A DNA stretch of 31,762 bases from Octopus sinensis. Taxonomy: Eukaryota. The notes under the pieces were generated by a model. The model saw nothing but the letters and a program-made list of their open reading frames with translations, was not told where the DNA came from and did not search any database. The translations under genes and the position numbers were made by a program. Position 1 is the stretch's first letter. Every line of letters starts with the position of its first letter. This document shows, in pieces, positions 9,688 through 21,559 of this stretch. The DNA is taken from the NCBI RefSeq assembly GCF_006345805.1, contig NW_021823715.1, positions 1 through 31,762 on the forward strand, given 5' to 3'.

Positions 9688-10099
9688 AATACCACAGATT
9701 TGCTTGTCAGTTGGTTTGACTTTAACCAGTTGAGCATGTCCCTTAGTGGCTGACGATATGTGCATCTCTGATCACGAACAGAAGTAGTGGGGGAGCATCA
9801 TAGCCATGTGTTGAGAGGGATTCTTTGGGGTTTGAATAATTCACCTCTGGAAACATGGGTGTTTCATTCAACATCCTTAAACAACCCTTATTCAGGGACC
9901 TTTTGAGCGGGATGGGCTACTCAACCTGAAGAAAATTCTAACTGGGCCCCACCTGCAAGGTCATGTGCTGTTTATCTTGATATGGTTGTGATGCATGTGC
10001 CTGGTGTACCCTTATCAGATGGGTAGTTATGATGGGTATATTGGGCTTCGTATATTTTACCCCAGCATCACTTTGATGGCATGAACTGCTCTCTCACTC

Positions 10100-10100
<1 letters not shown>
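9688..10100 (+). mobile_element. About 410-bp interspersed element flanked on both sides by (AAT)n; probable 5'-truncated non-LTR retroelement end
   Basis: Complex non-coding sequence between (AAT)n at 9632-9690 and 10100-10138. Recalled as a high-copy octopus repeat. Orientation is inferred. Confidence 0.6.
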
Positions 10101-10138
<38 letters not shown>

Positions 10139-10332
10139 CCTTTCTACTAAAGGCACAAAGCCTGAACTTTCTAGGGAGGGGATTAGTCAATTACATTGAC
10201 CCCAGTGTTTCACTGGTACTGAATTTATCACCCCCAAAAGGATGAAAGGATAAGTGGACATCAGAGTAATTTGAACTCAGAACGTAGCGTTTCATCTTGT
10301 GTGCTAACAATTCTGCCAGCTTGCCACTTTAA
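10139..10332 (-). mobile_element. SINE A' with (ATT)n tail
   Basis: Reverse complement of the 7470-7656 and 31272-31525 type. Confidence 0.85.
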
Positions 10333-11100
10333 TAACGGTTTCGAATTTTGCCACAAGGGCAGCAGTTTTGGGGGAGGGGATGAGCCAATTACATCACCCC
10401 CAGTGTTTCACTGGTACTTAATTTATCAGGCTCGAAAGGAGGAACAGTATAGTCGATAGTAAATTATTTCTTTACAACCCACAAGGGGCTAAACACAGAG
10501 GGGACAAACAAGGACAGACAAAGATATTAAGTCGATTACATCAACCCCAGTGTGTAACTGGTACTTAATTTATCGGGCTCAAAAGGAGGAACAGTAAAGT
10601 CGACAGTAAATTATTTCTTTACTACCCACAAGGGGCTAAACACAGAGGGGACAAACAAGGACAGACAAAGATATTAAGTCGATTACATCAACCCTAGTGT
10701 GTAACTGGTACTTAATTTATCGGGCTCAAAAGGAGGAACAGTAAAGTCGACAGTAAATTATTTCTTTACTACCCACAAGGGGCTAAACACAGAGGGGACA
10801 AACAAGGACAGACAAAGATATTAAGTCGATTACATCGGCCCCAGTGTGTAACTGGTACTTAATTTATCGACCCCGAAAGGATGAAAAGGCAAAGTCGACC
10901 TCAGCGGAATTTGAACTCAGAACGTAACAGCAGACGAAATATTGCTGAGCATTTTGCCTGGCGTGCTAACATTTCTGCCAGCTCCTCGCCACCTTGAGGA
11001 ACAGTAAAGTCGATCTCGGCGGAATTTGAACTCAGAACATAGCAACAGGCGAAATACTGCTAAGCATTTCGTCCAGCGCTCTAACGATTCTGCCAGCTCT
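10333..11100 (-). mobile_element. Older A-related SINE (host) split by a full-length SINE A (10760-10995) and its tandem derivatives
   Basis: Host 3' part is 10333-10456 and host 5' part is 10996-11100. 18-bp TSD gaggaacagta(a/t)agtcga at 10439-10456 and 10996-11013. Confidence 0.85.
10411..10851. repeat. Three tandem 147-bp units
   Basis: ctggtacttaatttatc recurs at 10411, 10558, 10705 and 10852, an exact 147-bp period. Confidence 0.95.
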
Positions 11101-11392
11101 GTAATAATAACACTGATGAGGGCGATATCCCTTCTACTTGTTCTCTCATTCCTCCTTACCATTCACCATTTGTCTCTTCCTCTCTCTTTCATTTTCTCTA
11201 TCATCTTCCTTCCTCATCCTCCCTCCCTCCTTCCCTCCCTCTTCTTGACCATTCCTTTGCTTAAAACAGATCCATACCAGGAGGTGGGAGACTGAGTATA
11301 TTCCCTCTCTCTCTCTCTCTTTCTATTTTAGATGGTGGTGATGGAAATGGCGATGGTAGTGTGAGATAGGGATTTGTTACACCAACTCCACC

Positions 11393-11694
11393 ATGACCAC
11401 CACCACCACCACCACCATCAAATATTACACAAACTCACCACTCACCACCACAACTAGGGCCATAACCATCATCATCATCATCATCCTCATCAACACCATC
11501 ATCATCATCACCACCACCACCACCACCAAAACCACTACCGTCATCATCATTATCATCATCATCATCATCATCATCATCAATTATCTTCATCAGCAGTAAC
11601 TTATCAAATCTTTTGCTTTGACCCATCTCATGTCTTCTCCCTATCTTCAATTTCTCCTCCTACTCCTACAACTACAAGTACTACTCCTCTCCTT

Positions 11695-11757
<63 letters not shown>

Positions 11758-11845
11758 TTTCTTCTTCTTCTTCTCCTTCTTTTTCTTCTTCTTCTTCTTC
11801 TTCTTCTTATTATTATTATTTTTCTTCTTCTTCTTATTATTATTA

Positions 11846-11880
<35 letters not shown>

Positions 11881-12300
11881 TTTCTTCTTCTTCTTCTTTC
11901 TTCTTCTTCCCACTGTATCTCCTTCATTTTCTTCTTTCTTCTTTTCCTCCTCCTCCTAACCTGTCTCCTTATTGCTGTTGTTGTTGTTGTTCTTCTTCTT
12001 CTTCTTCATCATCATCTTCTTTCTTCCATCTTCCATACTGGATCCAAACTCACCAACAACAACAACCAGGCAAGCCACATACACGGCTTCCCTTTCCCCC
12101 ACCCACCACCATCACCACCACCATTACCACCACCACCACCACCACCACCACCACCATCACACCACCACTACCATCACCATCAGAAGTACTTCCTACTTTC
12201 TACTTGCAAAAGACACAGTCCCTTTTCTCTCTACCTCTCTCTCTCTTCCTCTCTCCTCCCCCCTCTCTCTCTCTCTTTTCTGATTCCTCCTCCTCCTCTC
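11393..12300. repeat. Mosaic of trinucleotide repeats (CAC, CAT, CTT, ATT, CTC, GTT) ending in (CT)n
   Basis: Direct reading. Confidence 0.95.
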
Positions 12301-12425
12301 TAATTCTTCCCCAAACAGTCAGCCTTCAGTGTAGTTTAGATTCCTACACAGTAGTTAAAGAGTTTTGCTTTTGAAGAATATAATTTTTTTTTTTCCATCG
12401 GCAGCAGTGACAGGAGATAAAGCAA

Positions 12426-12555
12426 GGGGGTGGGGGTGGGGAGGGGGGAGGGGGAGGTTAGTCGAAGCAGAAAAATACCCCCAACTAGAACAACTTTTCT
12501 AAATATTGGCGCACAACACCAAGTTCGGGTGGGGGAGGGGTGGGAGGGAGGGGGG
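12426..12555 (+). other. Two potential G-quadruplex motifs (12426-12454, 12527-12555)
   Basis: G5-T-G5-T-G4-A-G6-A-G5 and G3-T-G5-A-G4-T-G3-A-G3-A-G6 satisfy the canonical G4 pattern. Confidence 0.75.
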
Positions 12556-13470
12556 TTAAGGTGTAGAATGGGTGGTGCGCGGGAGGATGTTGGTGGGTAT
12601 GTGGGTGCAAGTCAGTGAAAATTCGACTCCACTCTTCGACAGGTATTTATTTAACCGGCGGTCCCAGAAGGATTTGAACCCCAGATCGCAGAGGAATGTT
12701 ATTATTACATACCACCACAACAAGGAATTTAGTTCGGCGCTGTTACCGTAATTGTATCTAAGGTAGGTAAAAAGGGGGGCTAGACATTTTAACGGGTTCG
12801 CTATTGTTGATTAGAGGCGACCAAAGTTTACGAAGGAAGCTTCTATGAGGTCGCTTGGTCTGCTAGAAATAACAGCCAAAACTCCTTCCGCTCAGTTCGC
12901 ACCCTTACAGTCTTAGAGAAGGATATTTTCGATAATTTGATGTTCGGTCTCTTGCAAATAGCAAAATGAATGAATAAACTAATTGATAATTAATTAATAA
13001 TGTGATGGTCACGGCTAGAGTGTATTTTATTATTTCTGTTCGTTCAAAGCCGACCTGGGGCTCTATAAGAGCAACAACAACATCAACAACTACTACAAGG
13101 AATTTTTCTGATTCTGGGAGGATAAAAAGAATTTTTTTTTTAATTAGTCACCACATCTGCTACCAGCGGGATTTGAACTCACAACAGAAAGGAATGTTAC
13201 ACAATAGCAATACAAAATAATTTGTTCGACGCTCTACTGAATCTACCATTCAGTGATAATGGTCGTATAATTCTATCTTTATTGGCCACAAGGGTTCATA
13301 CATACAATTCCAAAACGTGCCATGCAAAGATGGTGTATGGGGAGAACACATGTAGAGATGTATGTATGTGTTTGCATGTATGTATGCATGAATGTATACG
13401 TATGTATGTGTATCTAGCTATATATCTATATGTGTGTATAATGTCTATATATGTATGCATGTGTGTATAT

Positions 13471-13685
13471 ATATTCTTTTATTCTCTTATTTGTCTCAGT
13501 CATTTTGACTGCGGCCATGCTGGAGCACCGCCTTTAGTCGAACAAATCAACCTCAGGACTTATTCTTTGTAAGCCTAATACTTATTGTGTAGGTCCCTTT
13601 TACCGAACCGCTAAGTTACGGGGACGTAAACACACCAGCATCGGTTGTCAAGCGATGGTGGGAGGGGTTCAAACACAGACATACA
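13471..13685 (-). mobile_element. SINE B 3' half, CpG-rich
   Basis: Reverse complement of the B 3' half, with intact hairpin cagtca-ttt-tgactg at 13497-13511. Confidence 0.92.
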
Positions 13686-13687
13686 AC

Positions 13688-13734
<47 letters not shown>

Positions 13735-14854
13735 GCGTGTGTATACATATATTTTATGCACACATACACACTCGTGCAAACGCACACGTACATACAATAC
13801 ATACATACTTTCAACTATATTATAAATGTATATACATACGTACATGCAAACACACACACACACACACACACATGAATGCATGTATGTCTAAACCGAATGC
13901 GGGCGCAAAAACGCAATATAATAATCGTCATATTTAAACTACTCATGTGTTCCAAATGGTGTCCTTTAGAAGTGGGGCCCACACTTTTCCCTAGGTCCTA
14001 GAACGCAGCAACACTCATAGCCCCTACCCTAAGAGAGAGTAATGGATAGAATATAAATATAACGAGCTAAACACTGAGTACACTAAGGAAATAAGGGCCA
14101 ACTCCACCTCACACATAGGAGTAGGACCTATCATAATTCCGACAAGCTTTTGGCCTCCAAATACTTTGTTCATATTAAGTTCTCAGAATTTTTCCCGTGA
14201 GCATCTCCGAGTTTGGGTGAGTGACCGGTGAAATTTCCAAGTATAGGGTAACTACTGTGATAATGGTTATTTGTTTAAACCCTGGGTTCATAACCAAAGG
14301 AGTGCCCTTCACTTTCCGGAGGTTTGAGATGGAATTTTAGGGGTGCGACAAAAACGGGAAATGTATTTCATTTCTTATTAAAAATCATGTTTCCAAAATA
14401 ACATTATTACCTTTTTAGAATAACTTTGTTCTAATAAACATACCTAGAACTTCATTATTCCATAGTACTGTATGTAGTTTAGTAAAAAAAAAAAAAGTTA
14501 ATTAATTGATAGAAAATTTACTGGCTTTTTCTTTTTCATCTTCAATATGAGATATAATTTTTGAAGAGGATACGAAAAATTATCAAGTATTTCCTAAGTG
14601 TGTGGGACACAAAAACGGTTCAAATCATTGATCTAAAATCTCTCTCTCTCTCTCTCTCACACACACCACACACACATGTATACTGCCGTTTATAAAAAAA
14701 TTAACGCGGTTGTTGACTCTTTTGATACTAACCCACCTGAGATCCTTCCTACTTTTGCGCAACAAACTTCCTGTTTTAAGTGATCTAAATTTAAAACTTT
14801 CTTTCATGAAAACTTCTTATTAATATTCATATTCCAAACATCCGTTAAATAATG

Positions 14855-15040
14855 AACAAAACTTTATTTTATACTAAGTTCTTCATTATTTTTCAAAATT
14901 AATTTTACACAAAAGTAATGCATCTCCACAGAAATACGGAAAATAAAAGATTAACAAAACCGTTATTTTACAAAATTCTTCGTTATTTTACAAAATTAAT
15001 TCAAACAAAGTCGGTATGTTTTAACAGAAATACACGGGGC
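14855..15040. repeat. Diverged direct duplication of about 95 bp of AT-rich sequence
   Basis: acaaaac..ttatttta...ttcttc.ttattt..caaaattaatt...caaa...cagaaatac occurs at about 14855-14940 and 14953-15037. Possibly a DNA transposon end (unverified). Confidence 0.55.
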
Positions 15041-16203
15041 TTTCTCTTGTCGCCCCTATTACCACCAGGAATCAACCTCAAGCATTGCAGATATTTGGAT
15101 GTTTACCACAGCATTCCTCACATCTTGTGGCAGGGCTGAAGGAGAGGTTTATGAACTGTTTATAGATTTGTGGGTGGGATGTGCTTTACTAATAATCCCT
15201 CATTTCTTTTTGTCTTCGATCTTACCTCGTCCATACCTCCTCATACACACACACCTGTCGGCTATAGTAGCTTCTCCCTCCAACACAATTATCCCCTCAT
15301 CTTCCGTCAGACCCAGATCAGTTCGTCATCTTTTCAAGTTCCCGTTGTTAATTCTTTATAAGCACCCGTGACGTTTCAGGGTTTCATAGAGGGCGAAAGG
15401 TAACCCTCCATTTTTACCCCCTTGTTTTCTTGAAGAACTCCGAGCCAAAGGCCTAAAAGATTAGTAGTAGGTTTCAGCCGGTACATACCGGTGGGTGCTA
15501 AGCCGGGTGAGCTAAGAAAGAGGAGGTGCTGAGGCCATTTATCAGGGACCCTACTCTCAAAAATAATTTTTAAAATCACAACCCTTACCACCACCCTTGA
15601 CCCCCCCCCCCCAAAAAAAAAACTGTTTTATCCTGTTTTACTAAATTCCTCTTGGAAGTTCTGTTTCCATTCTCTTGCCTTTGGACACATTCCTTTATAT
15701 TTATTATTTATTTATTGGCCCTTTTCTTGTAATATTTTTTTTTGTTAGTCTCAAACGTTTCCCATCTTTCTCCAGTTATTGTATCCTTTGCCTCCTTCGT
15801 CAACATACAATGGAAATGAACTGTTGATCGTATCCACCCCATCCCACCCTCTGGCAGGTTTGCAATCTACTCTTTTCTTACTCCAGGACTCAGGGGAGCA
15901 GGGCAGGGCGGCTGTGCACATTTCTAACTTTAAAAGGATGGTGCGTAGAATCAAGTTGATCACACCTGTAAACCATGCTTCATTGCTTACTGTAGTCTAT
16001 CGTTTCCTTCCAGTCTACCCTCAACCTACCCCCAGAAGGATATTTAAAAAAAAAAGGTGGGGAAGCAAAAAGAAAAATCAAAGACGACCTAGGCAAGATT
16101 CGAACCCAGGACTCGAAAGCACTAAGGAACATACTAAAAAAATATCCAAAGGTATTTTGTCGGTAGTGCCGACAAAATGATGTTGAAACTTTGATAAAGC
16201 AAT

Positions 16204-16268
<65 letters not shown>

Positions 16269-16341
16269 TGTGTGTGTTGTGTGTGTGTGTGTTGTGTGTG
16301 TGTGTGTGTATACATGTGTGTGTGTGTGTGTGTGTGTGTAT

Positions 16342-16735
16342 TAGCGCAGGCGTGGCTGTATGGTTGAGAAGCTTGTTTCCTAACCATGTGGTCCTAGGCT
16401 CAGTCCCATTGCGGGGCTCCTTGGCCAACACCGGGCTGACAGATTTGGTAGACGAAAACCGAAAGAAGCCCTTCGAATAGATAGATAGATAGATATATAG
16501 AAGTGTGTGTGTGTGTGTGTGTATGTGTGTTTGTGTGTGTCTCCATTACCGCTTGCCAACCGGTGTTAGTTTGTTTACATCCCCCCGTGGCGTGGCGGTT
16601 CGACAAAAAGACACCGACAGAATAAGTGACCAGGTCTAAAAATGAGTACTGGGCTAGATTTGTTTCGACTAAAAATCCTTAAAGGCAATGCACCAGCATG
16701 GTCGCAGTCCAACAAGCAAAGCATAAGCAATAAAG
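16342..16735 (+). mobile_element. Full-length diverged SINE B with internal (GATA)/(GT) microsatellite and CORE-region deletion
   Basis: Head gcgcaggcgtggctgtatggttgagaagc; tail aaaggcaatgcaccagcatggtcgcagtc. Confidence 0.85.
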
Positions 16736-17079
16736 TTGTGTGTGTGTATGTGTGTGTGTGTGCAAGCGCGTGCGTGTGTATTTGTGATGAAGATGATACA
16801 AGTTGCATTGAATCAACTGTTTTGTGATCGCTATTTATTTATTTATTTATTTATTAAGGATGGGGGAGAGGAATAGTTTAGTGAGGTGTGTGTATGTGTG
16901 TGTGTGACCAGATGTGGGTGTGAAAGAAAGGTGTAAAGTCAAAGCTTTGAGTAGGAATTGAACTTAAAACAAACGGCATTCTAAAAACTGGGTAAGAAAG
17001 AAGATTGTGTAAACGAGACACAGGGGAGGAAGGGTGAGAGATGAGGAAGTGAATGTACAGGAAAGATAATTGTACAATT

Positions 17080-19215
17080 TTGTTCCCTCCTCCCCTCTTT
17101 CTCCGTCTCTCTCACTCTCTCTCTCTCTCTTTCTCTTTCTCTCACGCTGTTTGTGTCTGTCTATCTTTTTGTCTTTTAAACTATGTCTCTTTGTCAGTCT
17201 CTCTCTCTCTCCCTCTGTGTTTTATTTATATTTCTCTCAATGGGGATGGGGGGAGAGAGAGAGAGAGAGAGAGAAACAGAGGCAGGAGGAGAGAGAGAGA
17301 GAGGAAGAAGCAGAAAAAAAAGTTTCATAAAGGGACTTTGATTTTAACATACCTTACAATACAACTCTTACTTCCTCTCTTTCCTTCCTACCACCACCAC
17401 CACCACCACCATTATAACTATACTCTCCTCCTTTTATCTACTCCTCCTTCTATTTTGCCTCTCCTCCCATCTCTCAACTATTCTTCGTTCTCGTCATCTT
17501 TTTCTTCTTTTTTTGTATTAAAAATGTGTTTTATTCTTTTTCTTTTTGTCTTTCTTCACTTTGCACGTATTCTCTCACTCCCTCCCTCCTACTTTCTCCT
17601 AACCACTTACTCCCACTACAACCATTTCTACCCATTTCCATCCGTCCGTCCGACCAACCAACCATCCATCCATCCACCTCCTCCTCTTCTCCTTATTTTC
17701 ATTCTTTCTTCCTTTTCTTTTTCCTTCTTCCTACTCCCACCGCCGCCACCACTACAATGCTGCTGTTACAGTTACTGCTACCACCATCACAACGCTTGCT
17801 CCTCCCCTCCTCCCTCCACCACCATTTTTCTACATCTTTTGTCTCCACCCTCTTTTAACTTTACTGTCTACATACATTATATACATATATACATACATAT
17901 ATACATATATATATATATAAACGCACGTATTCTTTACTCCTCCTCCAATCCACCTGACGTCACCTCCTCCTACCACAGCTATCGTTATGTCTAACTTTTT
18001 TTTTGCTTTGTTTAACGTTATTTTTCTTTGTGTTTTTTTTTTTACCCTTGTTATTTTTACCTTCTGTCTTTTACTTCCAAATCTTATTCTCATCTCTTAA
18101 TAATTCTTCTATCCTCCTCGCCATTCCACCCCTCACCCACCCCCACACCACCGCTTAATCTACCCCTTTAATCCACCCTTTATTCTTTCTTTCTCATTCA
18201 CACAAACCCTCCCGTTTTTTTCTTTTTTGCCTTTCATTCCTTCACTTTTTCATCAATCGTTTCTTTGCACTCACACCCTCCTTCCTTTTTCTTTCATTAA
18301 TTCCTTCACTTACTCATTCATTTACCTAAACCTTCCCTCCATTTTTTTCAGTCATTTTTTTTCACTCACCTCCTTTCCATTCCTTTTCGTTCATTAATTC
18401 CTTCACTTACTCATTCATTTACCTAAACCTTCCCTCCAATTTTTTCAATCATTTTTTTTTTTTCACTCACCTCCTTTCCATTCCTTTTCGTTCATTAATT
18501 CCTTCACTGATTCGTTTGCGTAAAAAAAAAGACTTCCTTCCTTCCTCTTTTCAATCGTTCTTTTCATTCTCTTCGTCTCCCTCCACAAACTTACGAATTC
18601 TTTCATTCCTTCACTCACTTATTCGTGTACTAAACCCCCCCTCTCTCTCCGTCCCTTATTTTATTTCACTCTTTCTTTCTCGCTTATTCCTATTCTCATT
18701 CTCTCTCTATAATGTCTATTATAATAATCACTTGTTCTCTCCTCCTTCGATCACCCACCCACTTAACCACATACACACATATATATCAACACACACACAC
18801 TATGTTAAACATATACAAACACACACATACATACTAACACGCACATAGAAACAAGCGCATACTGTTTACTACACACACACACACACGACACACGCTTACA
18901 CACATACATTCGCTTTGTTCTCTTCTCCTCCGCCTTCTCCTCACACTTTTGTTTGTACGAAGTTTCTCCCCCTCTCTCTTTGTCTTTCTGTCTTTTTCTT
19001 ACTCTATCAATCTCAATCTCTCACACTCCTCCCTTTATTACACGCACACACACACACACATACAAACGCGCGCGCACATTCAACTCAATCCTGCACCTCT
19101 TCCTCCTCCTCCTCATCTCCTTCCCCTTTGTTTGTGTGTCTCTCTCTCTGTCTCTTTCTTTCTCACACTTTCTCTCTCGCTCCCTCCCACTCTTTGTGCT
19201 CCTCTGCCTTCATCT
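17080..19215 (+). repeat. About 2.1-kb pyrimidine-rich low-complexity tract including a roughly 100-bp tandem duplication (18293-18510)
   Basis: CT-dominated plus strand; ttcattaattccttcact recurs at 18293, 18390 and 18491. Confidence 0.9.
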
Positions 19216-19624
19216 AAAATGGTATTTTTCATGTTTCTATGAATAAAAGTACACATTAAACCAATAGTAGCATTCTAAGAGTCTTTTATTAAAGGAAAGA
19301 AAGAGAAAAAGAGAGCGAGAAAGCGAGAAAGCGAGCGAGCGAGCGAGAGAGAAAGAAAGAAGAAACGATAGAAGGGAGGGAGAGCGAGGGTGAAAAAGAA
19401 AAAGAAAACTAAGATAAACAATAAACAAAGCTGGCAATAACTTCACAGTACCATATCAGCTTTCTTCAGAGAGTAATAGCATCATGATAGTTCAAAATGG
19501 TTTTCCAGTGCTGAAGTAAGTTTTGTCTTCAATTATTTTTACCTTTTTGATAAAAAAAAAAGAAAAGACAAAAGTTGTTTCCATTATCACGTTAATAATT
19601 TTTTAATTGTATATTTGTCATTTA

Positions 19625-19703
<79 letters not shown>

Positions 19704-19723
19704 TTATGCATCTACCTACCTAC

Positions 19724-19822
<99 letters not shown>

Positions 19823-19922
19823 GCTATCTATACATCTATCTAGCTATCTATTTATGCATCTACCTACCTATCTATCTATCTATCTATCTATCTACCTATC
19901 TATCTATCTATCTATCTATCTG

Positions 19923-19995
<73 letters not shown>
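19625..19995. repeat. (TCTA)n array, about 370 bp, with variant blocks
   Basis: Direct reading; tatttatgcatctacctacc occurs twice, about 148 bp apart. Confidence 0.97.
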
Positions 19996-21018
19996 ACGTG
20001 TATATCTGTCTGTCTGTCTATTTCTCCACCTATTTATCTTACGTCGTTCTATCTATCTATCAAGTTATTTATCCATCTTTCTATCTGTCTATTCGCCTAA
20101 ATATATAGTTATCTATTGTTTATAATCTATATAATTATCTGTCGAGTTTATCAATCTATCGTTCATCTATATATCGATTTTATGCGTCATATATCAATCG
20201 ATCTCTTGTTTATTTATCTCTCTGTCTGTCTATCTGTCTTTCCATTCATCCCACCATCCACCCGTTCATCCATCCATCGGTTGTCTCTATTATTTATATA
20301 TCTATCTATTTATCAGGTATCCAATGTATTACAATTCTAACTATCAATTAGATATATTGTCTATCACACCCTTGTCAATGTGTCTTTTATTTTTTTCAAT
20401 CCATAACTCTTTCTGTCTATCTCCGGTGCCATCTAAGCTTCTATTTTCCATCCATCCATCAATACACACAACAACCGCGCGCGCGGTTTATCTTTTCACT
20501 TTTTGTCTTTCGGTCATCAAACAGTGGCTAATAATTCTTCGACCATTTCCGCATTTTCGCCAACTTTTCTTTTCGCTCTGCAGCCTGCGGCGTGCGAATT
20601 CCTAAAGTTTTTGCTTTCTTTACCAAGTACCACTGCTGTCGTATTGTCGCTTCTTCCATTCTATTTACGATCATTCTTCGATTCCATTCACGCATCTAAT
20701 ATGTATTCTACAAACGGAAATTTATACGAAGGATCGTACATTTGTTAATACACACATGCCAAGACGATATCATACATACCCAATCTCTATACATACACAC
20801 AAGCACACATTTTTATTATTACATACGCACACTCACATGAAAATATAAACACGCATAAAATATAACTGCTAATAATATTTGCTAAAATATTTGCTATTTT
20901 GGTTTATCATTTTATCAAACTGATTCAGTTTTCGATTTTGTTTTTCCTATCCGTCACTCTGTCTATCGATCTACCTATCAAGTTAGTCATTAATTTGCCC
21001 TGTCAGCATATCTGTCTG

Positions 21019-21055
<37 letters not shown>

Positions 21056-21559
21056 GTGTGTGTGTGTGCTGTAATCAATTGCTATCAATTTATCTTCATC
21101 TATCATTATATCTATATATAGTATTTATATACAATTCCACATATCATATATATATTCATATATATATCCACACACACACACACATACATACGCGCGCACA
21201 TCAAATTTTTAATCGAGCTGTTTTCTTCAATTTGTTAACCTGTTCGATCTTCAAGTATTATCGGATGTATGTATTTATCTGTTCATCTGTCTAGTTCAAG
21301 CTAATCTACCACCCTATATATATATATATCTGTCTGGTCTTTTTAATGAGTCTGTCCATCACGAAAATCACACTTACACGTGCGTGTGTGTAGAGCTTGT
21401 GTGTGCACGTTGATATCTTAACTTATATACACCTATTAACGGTATAATATATATGTGTGTGTGTGTGTGTACTTCTTTTGCTTTTTTTGCGTGTGAGTAG
21501 TGTTATTGACAATTCAAGTATGATTTTCCGCTCGCTACTTCAGTCTATCATAACACGTT

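Noticed and set aside
10411-10851. CRISPR-like appearance of regularly spaced repeats
   Set aside because: Whole 147-bp units are repeated with no unique spacers, they are SINE-derived, and there are no cas genes in this eukaryotic context.
11393-12283. Poly-T/I/F/L/K/R/H/D ORFs
   Set aside because: Products of trinucleotide repeats, open on both strands.
12712-12756. 45-nt minus-strand exon-like segment (YNYGNSAELNSLLW)
   Set aside because: Adjoins an old SINE-like head, and its phase (2 to 2) does not join the 5791 exon directly.
14187-14216. 30-nt plus-strand micro-exon candidate with GTGAGT donor
   Set aside because: Isolated splice motifs with no partner exons; expected by chance in 32 kb.
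15060-16040. Unique, moderately GC-rich block with 60-130 aa ORFs on both strands
   Set aside because: No recognisable domain; stops in the protein-like frames. Possibly a decayed retroelement, but I cannot support a call without a search.
17053-17994. 313-aa ORF, the longest in the track
   Set aside because: It translates CT/CAC/GA low-complexity repeats; pyrimidine tracts lack stop codons, and there is no domain or splice support.
19607-20108. (IYLS)n ORFs, also 2774-3058
   Set aside because: Translation of (TCTA)n arrays.
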